Assembly: GCA_028534125.1 (NCBI GenBank)
Contig: CM052819.1
Span: forward strand, 54,560,001-54,624,000
Source of the DNA: Lama glama
Lineage: Eukaryota
Length of the DNA: 64,000 bases
Reading direction: 5' to 3'
Shown here piece by piece: positions 35,341-47,734 of the stretch. Made by a program: the position numbers and the translations under genes. Numbering within the stretch: position 1 is the first letter of the stretch; each line of letters opens with the position of its first letter. Below the pieces are notes generated by a model. That model saw nothing but the letters and a program-made list of their open reading frames with translations. It was not told the DNA's origin and did no database searches.

Positions 35341-36849
35341 AACCACTGGCTGGGGACACTCACTTAGAGAGTGACCCTGGTCTCCAGCTTGTCCCACTGC
35401 TTGTCCCCTCCTAGGGTACATCATATTGTGAGGGGGTCTGCCTCCTTCACTGCGGTGTGAGGGGCTAGAGGCCTGGGGCATAGCTATTCAACTCTCTTCC
35501 TATAATAGTCCCTAACAGAGCACTGAGAAGGTGCCCGAGATGGGTGTGCGATGGATGGGTGGATGGGTGGATGAATGATGGATGGATAAACAGATGAATG
35601 GAATAATTCATTCACATGAGCACAGCGTGTGAGCAGCTAGCCCAATTCCATCATTTCACCAATGCGGAAGGGGAGGCCCAGGTCCCTCAGTGAGTGGGAG
35701 GCAGCTCTAGAATCTGGGTGCCATTCTGCAGGCCTGTTTTGCTCCACTGTGTAGCTGCCGCTGTGTGGCTCAGGGAACACCTGGAGGGCATGAATGATGT
35801 GTGGGCGGAGAGCAGGAAGGCAAGAACCTGCAGTGTGGATAAGATGACCACCAAGGGCAAGGTCAGGTCCTAGGGACTTCTGGGGGAGTGAGGGATAGAA
35901 ACCAGAGCAATAGGAGGCAGGGTTCCAGGCCTTAAGATGATCACAATCTCTTGACCCAGGCTGGTTATAGGGTTTACAGAAGATGAGGAAGGAATCTGCA
36001 TTTGCTGAGCACCTAGTATATGCCCAGGCATGGATATTTAATCCTTTGCGTAACACTGAGGGTGGCATCATTACGGATAAAGGTGACTTGGAGACCAGTG
36101 CCCTCTGGGACAGTCAGGTGCCACCTCCGTAAGGGCCTCAGAGTGGCTGTAACTTGGTAGGGCCGCCATGTGACAGGATTGGGTTCTCAGCCTGGCAGGC
36201 TCAGAAACTCAGTGTTGTCCATGTCCTCGGAGAGGTGGGGGGGGGGTCCACGTCTCAGGACTAATTCATATCTGCTCACATTCAGGGTCTGACATGTTAC
36301 CAAGAGCCTGAGGTGCCAATGATCTGAGCTTTTCTCCTGGTGAGAAGGTGAACACTGTGAGGCAGGTAGGGGGCACAAAAGCAGAACCAGAGGTTTAGAA
36401 CCCACGCCAGGGAGCTCTGATCACCCAGAGCCCTTGTTTCCACAGCGAGGTGGCCTGCCCTGGGGTGCACGTCTGAACTCCTGAGGCCAGGCACGCCCAG
36501 GGCAGCGTGTGTGGACGCGGCCTTTGTCTGTGGCCTTTTCTTTCCTAACTCCCATGCTGAGTATACTTGTGACAATCTTCTTTTAGCTCCAACCAAAACA
36601 ACAGACTAGTCAAAAGCTTCAAACTAGCTGATACAGCCACACTATGGAGACCACACCCTGGACGCCCTGATGAGATTCAGATGGTCCAGAAGTCCTGGGC
36701 CGTCTCTTGGCAGCCCATGGATTCAGGCAGATGCTGTCCATATGTGGCAAGAGTCATTCTCTACCTCTGGCATTTCCCAATTCTTTAACAGAAGCTGATT
36801 TTAATTTAAGGGTGAGGGCACTGGCCTCCCACCTCTCCAAACGTCCTAA

Positions 36850-37230
36850 ATTATCCAGTTTAAAGATGAGGAGTTTAGAAGTCCAATACCTTGCCCAAAG
36901 TCACTAGAAAGTGATGGCACCAGGATTCAAACCCGCTCGATCTCGGACACTTCTCCTTAAGACTGTTAACAACTGCAGTGATAATAAAAGCCACCGACGG
37001 CTGAGGGCCTGCTGTATGCCAAGATTCTGTGCTTGGCACCTTACAGAGGTTTTTTTTTTTTCATGTGGTTCTCACAGCAACACCAGGAGACTGTTCTTGA
37101 CTTTGTTTCACAGGTGAGGATTGATGTTCAGAGTGGTAAAGAGACTTGCTCCAGCCAGGGTCACACGGCTGCTAAGATCAGGAGCTGGATTTCAAACCAA
37201 TCCGTCTACCTCTCTACCCGAGCTCTTAGC
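36850..37230 (-). mobile_element. Two tandem MIR fragments
   Basis: cttgcccaaagtcactagaaagtgatggcaccaggattcaaaccc; ggtcacacggctgctaagatcaggagctggatttcaaacc. Confidence 0.7.
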
Positions 37231-37519
37231 CACCCCATTCCAGGGCAGAGCCAAGCGCGATTTCTGCAATAGGTACCCCAGTCCTGCCCTGGGGAGAAGC
37301 AGTCTCAGGCTCTGGGTCGGGGAGGGTATAAGAGCCCTATCACGGGGTTACCAGAGTCCAGAGTCTCACCCTCGGTGGCGTTAGTTTAGGGATTAGGTGT
37401 GTATCAGCTTCCCAGAGAGGAACAGGTTCAGGCTGCCTGACTTACGATGACTCAACCCCCAAGGGACCCAGCCAACCCTAATTAATCGATTCACCTGTGA
37501 GATACTCTGGCCAGAGGAG

Positions 37520-38250
37520 ATTGTGATTCAGAGCACTGGCTGCAGTCAGACGCAGCTGAATCTGCAACTCCATCCATAGCTTCCCAGGCCTGAGACTTCG
37601 GACATGTTACTCACCCTTCTTGGGTTTTTTTGTCTGTTTGTTTTTTATTGACATGTAGTTGATATACAATGTTGGTTTCAGGTGCACAACAAAGTGATTC
37701 AGTTACACATATACACATGTATCTAGATTCTTTTCCATTGTATGTTATTACAAGAAACTGAATGTAGTTCTCTGTGCTATATAGTAGGACCTTATTGTTT
37801 ATCTATTTTATATATAGTAATGTGTGTCTGTTAATCCCCAACCCCTAATTTACCCCTCCCTGCCCCTTCCCCTTTGGTAACCATAGTTTGTTTTCTATGT
37901 CCGTGAGTCTGTTTTTGGTTTGTAAACAGAATTTGTATCCTTTTGTTTTTAGAGCCACATATCAGTGATATCATATGAAGTTTGTCTTTCTCTGCCTGAC
38001 TTACTTCACTTAATATGATAATCTCTAGATCCATCCATGTTGCTGCAAATGGCATTATTTCATTCTTTTTTATGGCTGAGTTATATTCCACTGTATATAT
38101 TTACCACCTCTACTCACCCTATTTGAATCCCAGTTTCAGCCTTGGAAAATGGGGGAGATCATGCCAACTTTGGGCAGCAGCTGTGGCTTAAACAGACATT
38201 TGTGTGTAAAACGCCCAGCACGGCGGTTGCTGCTTAGCAGGTGCCCAGTG
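37520..38250 (+). mobile_element. MIR split by an L1 insertion
   Basis: MIR 5' half (agagcactggctgcagtcagac...ggacatgttactcacc) resumes after the L1 as gaatcccagtttcagccttggaaaatgggg. Confidence 0.65.
37622..38110 (-). mobile_element. Lineage-specific 5'-truncated L1 (ORF2 C-terminus and 3' UTR) with TSD
   Basis: Translates to EYNSAIKKNEIMPFAATWMDLEIIILSEVSQAEKDKLHMISLICGS (L1 ORF2 end); tactcaccct repeated at 37608-37617 and 38111-38120. Confidence 0.93.
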
Positions 38251-38819
38251 AATGGTAATGCCTCTAGATTTCATCACTGTTGTTTAAAAACTGGGCTTGG
38301 TCACCTGATAAGGCTCATCCCCTTCCCCACCCCGGCCCAGCAGGCAGGTCACACTGTGAAAAGCTGATTCCAGGTCGGAAGGCTGCTAGCTAAGAGAACC
38401 CAGGGGAGAGGCGGGGCCTGAACCCTCAGCGTCTGACAGTGGGATGAAGAGCCCACTGCCCTTCCCTCCCACCCCCAGGGTAACTCTGAATGCCCAGTGT
38501 TGGTTTGGGCTCAGTGACCTGTCTTCTGGACAGATCTGCTCGTCATGATAAAATCTCCTTTCTCAGTGCTCCCTTCCCACTGAGAAGCAGGCCGGGTGCC
38601 ACATCATCTTTGCAGTCCCCTGGTGGGTAACCTCTTGATCCCTCTTCCAGGCCCTGGTCAAATGCACCTTTATCTTCGAGGTCTTCCCGGCTCCCCCAGG
38701 CAGAGGCAGATCAACCACATGCTGACCACACAACGAGCTCATTCCAGGGACTGGGCCACAATGGTGGAGGCTCACAGAAGTGGCTCTTCTCTTTCCGCAG
38801 CTTGAAGTCTAGCAGGACA

Positions 38820-39130
38820 ATAGACAAAGCAAAGAAAGAAACCAAATGACTACAGTTTCTGGTAATTGCCAAGAAGGAAATAGGCTGTATGATGTAATAG
38901 ACAATAACTCTGGGAGTGATGGGGCCATCAGGAAAGGCCTTTTGGGGGAGGCAGCATTTACCCTGAGGCTGGAAGGACGAGATGGAGCCAGCTTTGCCCA
39001 GAGCCAGGAACAGAGGGTTCCCGGCATCAGGAACAGCTTTTCCCTCCCCAGGAGGAAAAGAATTTGGTGTGTTTCTCATTGATAGAAAATCTGGCTGGAG
39101 CAGATGGAGGGGGTGGGAGGAGGCATAGCA
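38820..39130 (-). mobile_element. L2 fragment
   Basis: atcaggaaaggccttttgggggaggcagcatttaccctgaggctggaaggacgagatggagccagc...ggcatcaggaacagc. Confidence 0.7.
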
Positions 39131-40519
39131 ACCAGGTGCAGGCGGAGGCCTCGCTCCTCTGTGCCCCCAGCCAGACGCGCGGTAGTGAGACTAAGACGCC
39201 TTACCACTTGCTGAGCACCTGCTGTGGGCCAGCACCCTCCATAAGCCCTCCCACTTGATCCTCGGTCTCCTGCCGCATCACACAGGACCCTTCGTGGTGC
39301 TCTCGTCTTGCTGTGTTGCTGGTACTTCCCTATGGGGTTGTTTCCCAGCTCATTCTACCCCCTCGTTAGACTGTAAGCTTCTCTGTAAGGCATCTGCGGA
39401 CCCCAGCACGCAGCTTAGAACAGAGCGCAGCCACGGCTGGGAGGTGTCAGCATCACTCCTCTTGATCTGGTTTTGAGCAGTTACCATTTGGGTGGAGGCA
39501 GGGGGTGATCAATAACCGACATTGAAATGTTTCAAATAAAGTTTGTAGAAAACACCCTGGGCATACTGCTATGTTTATTTAAGAAAAGCCTAGTTGCATC
39601 AGCAGCACGCTAAGAAGTATTACTGAGGTCAGCCAGTTCCGGGACCCTATGCACGGGGACTAACCTCACCCCTTTGTGTGTTAGTGTCTGTTACAAAGGG
39701 TGGCAGTCCCAGACCTGCCCCTCAATGGACAGGGCCAGACAGGCCACAGTGACCATGCAGCCAGGAGCTGGAGTCAGTCTGTTCCACTCAACACACTGTC
39801 ACTGAGCACCTGCTCTGTCCAGACTCTAGCAGGTGTTCTGCTGAACATAAAAATGAATTCAGTGTCCGGTGCTCCTTAGTCACAGTATTGCAGGGCTGAG
39901 CGTGCACAATGCTCTAACGGCAGGAACCCTGCACAGCAAGAGGGAGGTGATTGACAGCAGGGGTCAGATCGCAGAGCACCTTAAGTTCCAGGGCAAAGGC
40001 TTTGGACTTTAGCATGTAAGTAATGGAAGAGGAGGGAAGCCAAAATGTAATTTTGTGCCTGATGTGGGGTGACAACAGGGGCAGAGTCGATGCAGCCCCT
40101 CCTGCAGCACTTACGGTCACGGTCACGGAGGGAGGCATCCGGATGTCCTGCGATGGCAATAATGTATTTAGGTGTCACAAGGGGCGCTTCCAGTTATCTA
40201 ACCAACCCCACCTTCCCACCGTGGGGAGGGGGTTTAAAAGTTCAAAAGACAAAGGGGCTGGGGCAGAGTGTTCTCAGTAGGAGACCCAGGACTGCAAGTG
40301 TGAAGTCCCTGAGGTGACAGACAGCGTTACATGACAGAAATTCAGAAGGGGTGAAAATAGCTGTGGTTGCAGGGTAGGGTAGGGGGGTTGGGGGCTTGGG
40401 GAAGGAAGAGAAGCAATGGAAAAGTCCGGCTTGCCAGAAACTAAGAACCCAGGACTTCCAGTGCGACATTCAGGGAGTGGTCACCCTAGGGGGCCGAGGC
40501 CATGTTCGAGGGCTGTTTA

Positions 40520-41110
40520 TTAACTGTGCTAAGGATTTGAGGCTTTATCTTAAGGGCAACAGTGAACAACTAGAGTTTTCAACAGCGATGTGATATATTC
40601 AGGGGTTACATGTTTCAAAGTTCAGTGTTGTTTGAAGGGGGTGGGGGGAGCAGGGTGGCCAGGCGGGAGCCAGGACGACCCGCCGGGAGGGAGTTTGCAG
40701 TATTTCAGGTGAGAAATGATGGTGTCTAGACCTGGGATGCTGGCAGTGGTGACAAGGGCTAGGGACAGATTTGAGAACTACTCAGGAAGTAAAAGCAGCA
40801 GGATCTAGGGACTGACTGCTGTGGGAGTCAGGGAAGGGGGTTGGGGCGGGCATGGGGCGTGCTGCTGTTCTCTGACGGGGATGGGGCTGCAGGAGGAGCA
40901 GCCTGGGGTGGTGTCAGGAGGAAGGCGTGGATGGGCTCAGAATCCAATCTGTGGAGGCGAGGGGCCTGAGAGACATCCCCGTGGTCACGTGCAGGAGGCA
41001 ATTTGATGTCTGCAGCTGCAGTTCAGGAGAGAAGATCAGGATGGATGTAAAACTGGGGGCAGCTTCACCTTTCAAACGCTCCCAGGAGTACATAAAACAC
41101 CCCAAGAATG
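40520..41110 (-). mobile_element. L2 fragment
   Basis: gctaaggatttgaggctttatcttaagggcaacagtgaac...caggtgagaaatgatggtgtctagacc...gttcaggagagaagatcaggatggatgtaaa. Confidence 0.75.
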
Positions 41111-42723
41111 GAAAGGAAAGCCTGACTCAGAACTGTAAAGATAATGACATTAATTAAGAACAAAATGAAAAAAACGCTGTTTTAAAAGTTCAAAATAATT
41201 TGACCTAGAAAAACTTGAGTATTTAGTGAAATTGTCTCTTATGAATTTGTGTTTTAACAGGCACACACTCCTGTGTGTGTCTATATGGGGGGGGGGTCAG
41301 TGTTTGAAAAGCCTTCTGGATGCTCTTCAGATCACATGCTGCTCATCAATAAGTTTGTCCTCACTGGACACAGCGATAGGAGGGAGGTTCTAAGGATGGA
41401 ACATGTGAAAGATCCACTCTGATCACCACTCTGCTTAGAGAAATCCCCAAGTAGTGCTGCTTGGGCCCAGCAGTTTGTTTGTTTTTGTTTGTTTTGGAGC
41501 CAAATAATTTCCTAAGGGTGGCCCTGCTCATTCCATCCCCCCTAGCTGGGCTGGAGACAAATCTGGGTGACAGATGCCATGGTGCCTGTGGGATTCTCTC
41601 CCCTCTTCCAGCTTAGAACAGGTGCCTACCAAATCAAGCTTGCAACGCTCCGGTTCCAACTCTCTCACAATGAGAACTCTCCCAGGAGGCTGCTGGGGCC
41701 CTGTCGCATAAACAGACTTCTGGTCGCCTGTTGCCACACATTCTATGTATTTCTAGCCGTGGACACTGCTTGGGCTCAAACTGGACCCAGCCCCATGACC
41801 TGGCTGAGCATTCTGTTCTTAGACTGCTTCCCTCTCCCCTCAATGTGTTCCATATACAGTGGTCCTTGCTTTGTTACCCAGCCACCGGCTAAGACCCCTG
41901 CAGTACAGACGGGTGAGGGGTTGGCAGAGACAAGCTGGGCCCATCTGCTACAATTCAAGTCCCAAGTGCAACTTGAAAGACCCCCTGGAGTGCCCTCCCT
42001 CCCACCTACCTCAGCCTTTAGCCCCCTCCCCCAAGGAAATTAGACTCTGTTTTTCTATTTTATGATGAGGTAAGGAGGAATTCAACAAAGGACCATTTAA
42101 GTTACTCGTAACTCATCTATGGAGAGAGATTTATCCACCCATGGCAATGTCTCCAGGGAAGTCTGGGAAACCTTCTTGTTAAAATATCCTAAGTCTTGGA
42201 GAAGCTATCTTTGGCCTGGATAACCCAACTCTGCTGTTCTATTTGTCATCTTTTTAAATTCCTGAATTCTAACTCAGAGTGGGCTGTTTTTAAAAGAGGA
42301 GTGATGACAAGTGAAGGTGCACACCCAGTTTATGAGAGAGCGGAGGGAAAGTAACTGCTGCAGGGGAAGCCAGCCGAGGCAGCAGCTGACCCCGAAGGCA
42401 GTGGAGATGCTGTGACCCAGCTCGGCCTGAGCAGCCTGCAAGGAGTCCCAGGGAGTGACTCAGCCTGCTCTGGGACGATCCTACTCTCAGTCCCACCAGT
42501 GCCCCTCTGTCATGGGTGCCACTGCCACACTGGGCACTAACATCCTTGCCCAAGAAGTGTAGGAAAGTGGGGAGGCAGAGGGGAGCTTCTGCTCTCAGGC
42601 ACCCATCTGTGGGGCACTGCAGAGTCTGCCGATCTCAGGCAGCAGCAGCACGTGGCGGGAGGGGCACAAACACGCAGCATCGCCCTGCCCTGGAGACTGC
42701 CAACATTGTCCAAGCCCTGACAG

Positions 42724-42946
42724 CAGGGCTAGCCAATAGAACTTTCTGCAGTGCTGGACATGTTCTGTATCTGTGCTGCCTCTCCAGTGGGATGGCCATT
42801 TAGCCACCTGTGACTATTGAACCCTCGAAAGGTGGCTGGTGTGATGATGGACTGAATTTAAAATTTTTTTAAAATTCTAATTCATTTAAATTTGCATTTA
42901 CATAGCCATGTGTGGCTAATGGCTACCATATTGGGCAATGTGGCCC
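42724..42946. mobile_element. MER3 hAT-Charlie element
   Basis: ccaatagaactttctgcagtgctggacatgttctgtatctgtgctg...tagccacctgtgactattgaac...atagccatgtgtggctaatggctaccatattgg. Confidence 0.88.
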
Positions 42947-43429
42947 TGGACGATGCCTTGCTCTGCTGGGCTCTGTCCTCTCAGTCAAGCATTGCTAGTG
43001 ATGGCCTGAATTCCTTGAGGGGCCAGAAGAGTGGTTTGTGAGTAAGTAGAGAAAAACACCTGCCCCTGTATCATGCTCTGTTTTAGGGGTCCCAGGGAGT
43101 GCTGCATCTGCCCTTCTTTTTTAAACAAGCTCTTTGCACTGAATTACAGTTCCTAAGTTTCCACTGAGTCTGTGAGTCCAGCAGGGTCAGGGATGGGATG
43201 TAGTTCAGAGACCTGTGACTAAAGCCTTCTCACTACGCAGACTCCTCAGCCCTGGGTCCTCTCCGCTCAGCAGGCATCCTCGCCCAGCAGCCCCTCAGCA
43301 GCCCACTATTCCCCTCCTCCCAGGCCAAGCTCCTTCCTTCAAGAAGCTCACAGACTTCTGAGAAGACACAGACATTGCTTGGCCAAAGTGGAAGTAAAAC
43401 AAGTGAAGAGACCAGGGCAGCAGTGGAGA

Positions 43430-43610
43430 GAGCCGTGGTCCTCAACGTGGCCTCATCCAACCAGCAGCATCAGCATCCATTGGAAACGTGTGAGAAACAC
43501 AGATGCTCAGGTCCAGACTGTTGAATCAGAAATTCCTGGGGAGGAGCCCAGCAAGCTGTGTTCTAAGGCACACTCTTCACTCAGAAGCCCTCAGAGTGTG
43601 AGAACTGCAG
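43430..43610. mobile_element. MER5A remnant
   Basis: accagcagcatcagcatccattggaaacgtgtgagaaacacagatgctcagg...gaatcagaaattcctggggaggagcccagcaagctgtgtt. Confidence 0.75.
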
Positions 43611-43874
43611 GGTGGGGATGGGTGCGGCAGAAGGAATAGGGCTGACTTCTCAGAAGAGCCCGGAAAAAGCTTGCCCTGGCCCTGCAGAGGAGCGGAGGGC
43701 AGGTGGGGAAAGAGGGCATGCCTGGGCACAGACCTGCACTGCATCCTGTAACTGTGTCCGAGCTCCCCACGCCTTCTGATGCGTGTTTCATAATCTTGGA
43801 ATCATCATTTTACGGATGTTACACTGTTTAGAAAAATGGTAAAGTATTCTCTAGAGTCAAATCAAATGGCTTTT

Positions 43875-44166
43875 AATTAATTAATTAATTTTTATTGAAG
43901 TATAGTCAGTTCACAATGTTGCATCAATTTCTGGTGTCCAGTGAAATATTTCAGTCATATATATGTATACATACATTCGTTTTCATATTCTGTTTCATTA
44001 CAGGTTACTATAAGACATTGAATATCGTTCCCAGTGCTCTACAGCAGAAATTTGTTGTTTATCTATTTTCTATATAGTAGTTAGATTATCTGCAATTCTC
44101 GAACTCCAAGTTCATGCCTTCCCACCGCCTTTTAGATTTCGCATATATGTGATATCATATGGTATA
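43875..44166 (-). mobile_element. Lineage-specific L1 3' end with TSD and internal deletion
   Basis: tttttattgaagtatagtcagttcacaatgttgcatcaatttctggtgtccag...; TSD aaatggctttt at 43864-43874 and 44167-44177. Confidence 0.9.
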
Positions 44167-44609
44167 AAATGGCTTTTTAAAAAAGAGTTCTTGATTGTAC
44201 TTAATTTTGTGTTCTAAATTTAAGTAAAGATTTTCTTTGTGAGAATTTTTTAAAGTTTACCAAATCTACCTTGATGAAGTCATCCAACCGCTTTCCTCTG
44301 ACTCCTTTAAAGAAGTCATATAACTTATATCACAAAACATCTGTTCAAAGAAATCGAAGATGGATAGTTAAGACACCGCTTGGTTAATAATTCTTTTCTC
44401 TTGGACATTTATTTCTCTGTCAACTTTATTTCCCCTGCAGTCCACCTACCCATACTTTTCCCTCCAACCGCCTCACATACTTTCCTGGCTTTGAGCCAGG
44501 AAACCAGGTAACCAACCTGTTAGAACTGTACAAAGGTAAGGATGAAGATGTAAGCAAGAGACTTTCTGCCTTAAGTGTGCTTTCATGCATGGGCGCTACT
44601 CTGAAATTT

Positions 44610-45050
44610 CATGGTTTAGTGCAAAAAGCACTGGTTTACAGTCAGATAAATTAAGGTTCAATCCTAGCTCCACCTCTCACTCACTAGTCATTAAACTCTT
44701 AACTCTGTGTTTCCCCCCTTCTGTGACTATAACATGGGACAAAGGATGTGTCATGGGGGTGAAATGAAACAACCACGTGTGAAGTAGCTGACACTTCATA
44801 AACACTTTTGTTTCCACCTTCCTTTCCTTCTTCCAGGATAACCGTGGCGTGTGAAGGACTCAGGCTCTGAACCAGGCTAGTCTGAGTCCAACACAGCAAT
44901 GTATGTTGATCTTGGGTGAATTACTGAACTGCTCCTTGTCCCAGGCTCCTCATCCTTGGATGGGTGTGATGAAAATAATCCCCATCTCACTGGGTGGTCC
45001 TGAGGATTAGAAATCTGGACACACACTAGGTTCATAGACAAGTGCCCGGA
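44610..45050 (+). mobile_element. Two MIR fragments
   Basis: ggtttagtgcaaaaagcactgg...ggttcaatcctagctccacc; atcttgggtgaattactgaac...ggtggtcctgaggatta. Confidence 0.65.
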
Positions 45051-46109
45051 GAGAGCAGAGCAAGAACTCAGTGTAGGTTAGCTAGCGTCCTGGATGTTAC
45101 GATTGTTCTCAGTCCTCGACTCGTGTGCACAGGGGACGGCCAGGGCAGTGACCTGTGGGTGAGGAAGACCTTCCCGTGCACTGAGACTCTCACAGCCTCA
45201 ATCAACTTCTAGGTACCACGAAACTCTTTTCATGAAATAAAGACTCATGTTCCTCCATAATCTCTTTCTCATTCCTCGATTCTTAAAAACTATGTTCTGA
45301 TGGGTTTTGATGGTTCACTTGATCTCTGTCACATGACAGCCGTTTCCCTACCAATTCCAGGAGACGATTTGGAGAAATATTTTTTAGGGAAAGGGGACCA
45401 GATTGATCAATAAATTAATTCTCCACTGTGTTTCATAAAAGATTTAGGATGACAAAACCGAAGAGTCAAATTTTAGCTAGTCCTCTGTTTTTCTTTTTAG
45501 ATTGTCATCTCTGATCCCTCAAAAAACTGCTTGACCCGGTCAAATCACTAAATTAAATAACCCAAACTTTGGTCGAGTGATTTTGTAAATATAGATGCTG
45601 GTGCTGTTCTGAATGAAATCCTGCCTTTAGACTGGGGTTTGTGCTCTTTTGACAGAGAATTGCAGGGGATATAGATAGACTTCTGCTTAGAGGAACCTGG
45701 ATTACTTTTCTCACCATGGAATTACCTGAGATGGAAATCCAAGACATTCTCTGCAGAAGTGAATGTTCTCCATTTATGAGAGTTTGCTCAGGAATAGGAA
45801 AAAACCCAACGCTTCACCTTGGAGCTCTAGGTCCTCTTGTCTCATGTTTTATTACTTCATCCGAATCTTGTTTTTCTCCCTTCCTCCAAACCAAGCAGTG
45901 TGGCTTGCTCATTTCTTGCCTCTTTACAGAGTGCAGATAATCACACTTGCAGATCCGCCCACCCCTGCAGGACCCTTCCCAGGACAAACCCACCTCCCCA
46001 AAGCTGTCCTGCCCCAGGCCTCTGCTCGGTTCTGCCTGATATGGTCTTTGAGTTACTCATCTATTATATTTGTAAAACATCCTACTGATTTTTCAAAACA
46101 GAGTTCTCT

Positions 46110-46290
46110 CTGGGAGCTTCCCAACCCTGCCTGTACACTAGAGCAACCCGGGGCCTGGGAGGCTCTTAATAAATGCAGGGACAGGGGCTCAATGGACACA
46201 GTGCTTGAACCAGATTCTGGAAGGGTGGGGCCCAGGCATCTGCATTTTTCAAAGCTCCCAAAGTACAGCTGGAACTGAGACTCACTCCTC
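46110..46290. mobile_element. MER5A remnant
   Basis: gggtggggcccaggcatctgcatttttcaaagctccc. Confidence 0.6.
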
Positions 46291-46489
46291 CAAATGGATG
46301 GAGCCTCAGTGAGCCTTTGTGACCTGCAAGTGGTCCCCTGGTGTGTGAGGAACCCTGGAGGGAGTCACAGAGACAGCGTGCCACATGGGGTGGTGGAGTG
46401 GCAGTGGTTCCTAAGCACAGAGTATTGAAAAGAGCCTCTCACCTTGCCTCACACGATCTGAAAATGCCAAACAAGTGTCTAGCTTCTTT

Positions 46490-46700
46490 NNNNNNNNNNN
46501 NNNNNNNNNNNNNNNNNNNNNNNNNNNNNNNNNNNNNNNNNNNNNNNNNNNNNNNNNNNNNNNNNNNNNNNNNNNNNNNNNNNNNNNNNNNNNNNNNNNN
46601 NNNNNNNNNNNNNNNNNNNNNNNNNNNNNNNNNNNNNNNNNNNNNNNNNNNNNNNNNNNNNNNNNNNNNNNNNNNNNNNNNNNNNNNNNNNNNNNNNNNN
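46490..46700. other. Assembly gap
   Basis: Run of N. Confidence 1.
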
Positions 46701-47025
46701 CAACCACAAACTCGACTCTGTCTCTATGAAGTCTAGGCACGTCATACAACTGGAATTACACAATATTTGCCCTTTAGCGTCTGCTTCTATTTTGTAAGTT
46801 CATTTGTGTCTATTTTTGTTAAGATTCTACATATAAGTGATATCATATTCATTCATTTTTTTAAGTCTGAATAATATTCCATTGTATTGTATCACATCTT
46901 GTTTACCTATTCATCTGTCGCTGGATATTTGGGTTGTTTCTACCTTTGGGCTGTTGTAAAAATGTTACTATGAACCCTGGTGTATATAAAGGTATCTATT
47001 TAAGTACCTGCTTTCAGTTTTGGGA
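46701..47025 (-). mobile_element. L1 3' UTR fragment
   Basis: agattctacatataagtgatatcatatt...ctgaataatattccattgtattgtatcacatcttgtttacctattcatctgtcgctggatatttgggttgtttctacc. Confidence 0.8.
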
Positions 47026-47734
47026 CTGAAAGACAACTAATTCTGTAAAGTTACCCAGGACTTCTCCCCCATGAACTGAAAAAAATCAGAGTTCAACATC
47101 TATCAAGGGGTAAGGTGTTATTTAGGTCAAGTGGCAGATGGAAGGCAGGCAGGATGCAAGGGCATTGGTGGAGATGTTCCCTGAGTAAAGTCTAGGAAAA
47201 AAGAACTAGGAAAGTGACTCTGGCTGACAGTTGAGATGAGGGCCTTGGTCATGGACTGTGAGAGCGTCCCAGGTGTCACTGAGTGCAGAGACCCCAAACT
47301 GGTGGGCCTTGGGCTGGGTCTTGTCTGCACCTGTGTACGTGCAGGCTGCACAATTTTATTCATTTTAAAAATCGAGATTTCACGTTTCTCTTAAAAATCT
47401 GAAGTAACACTGCCCACATTCCATCCAAACAGCAAATGGCCGGAGGTAATTAGCAGCTGCCCCCTCCGGACAGGGTACGCACTCTCTGTGCAGCCAGAGT
47501 CCCCACCCCTCTCCATTGTGAACCTGGCCAAGTCATTCATTCGTATTTCCTTCCTGGCTTCTGAGAGTATTTGCATTTATTATCTGTGATCTAATCCAAA
47601 GCGCCCAGAGCACAGGTGAAACCCCAGAGAGCCGTGTAGTTCAGTAACTCAGCCAAGATGACGTGGTAACTGGGCCCAGAACTGGAAGTAGCACCCATAT
47701 CACATGACTCCCCACCCTGAGTACTTTATATTTT

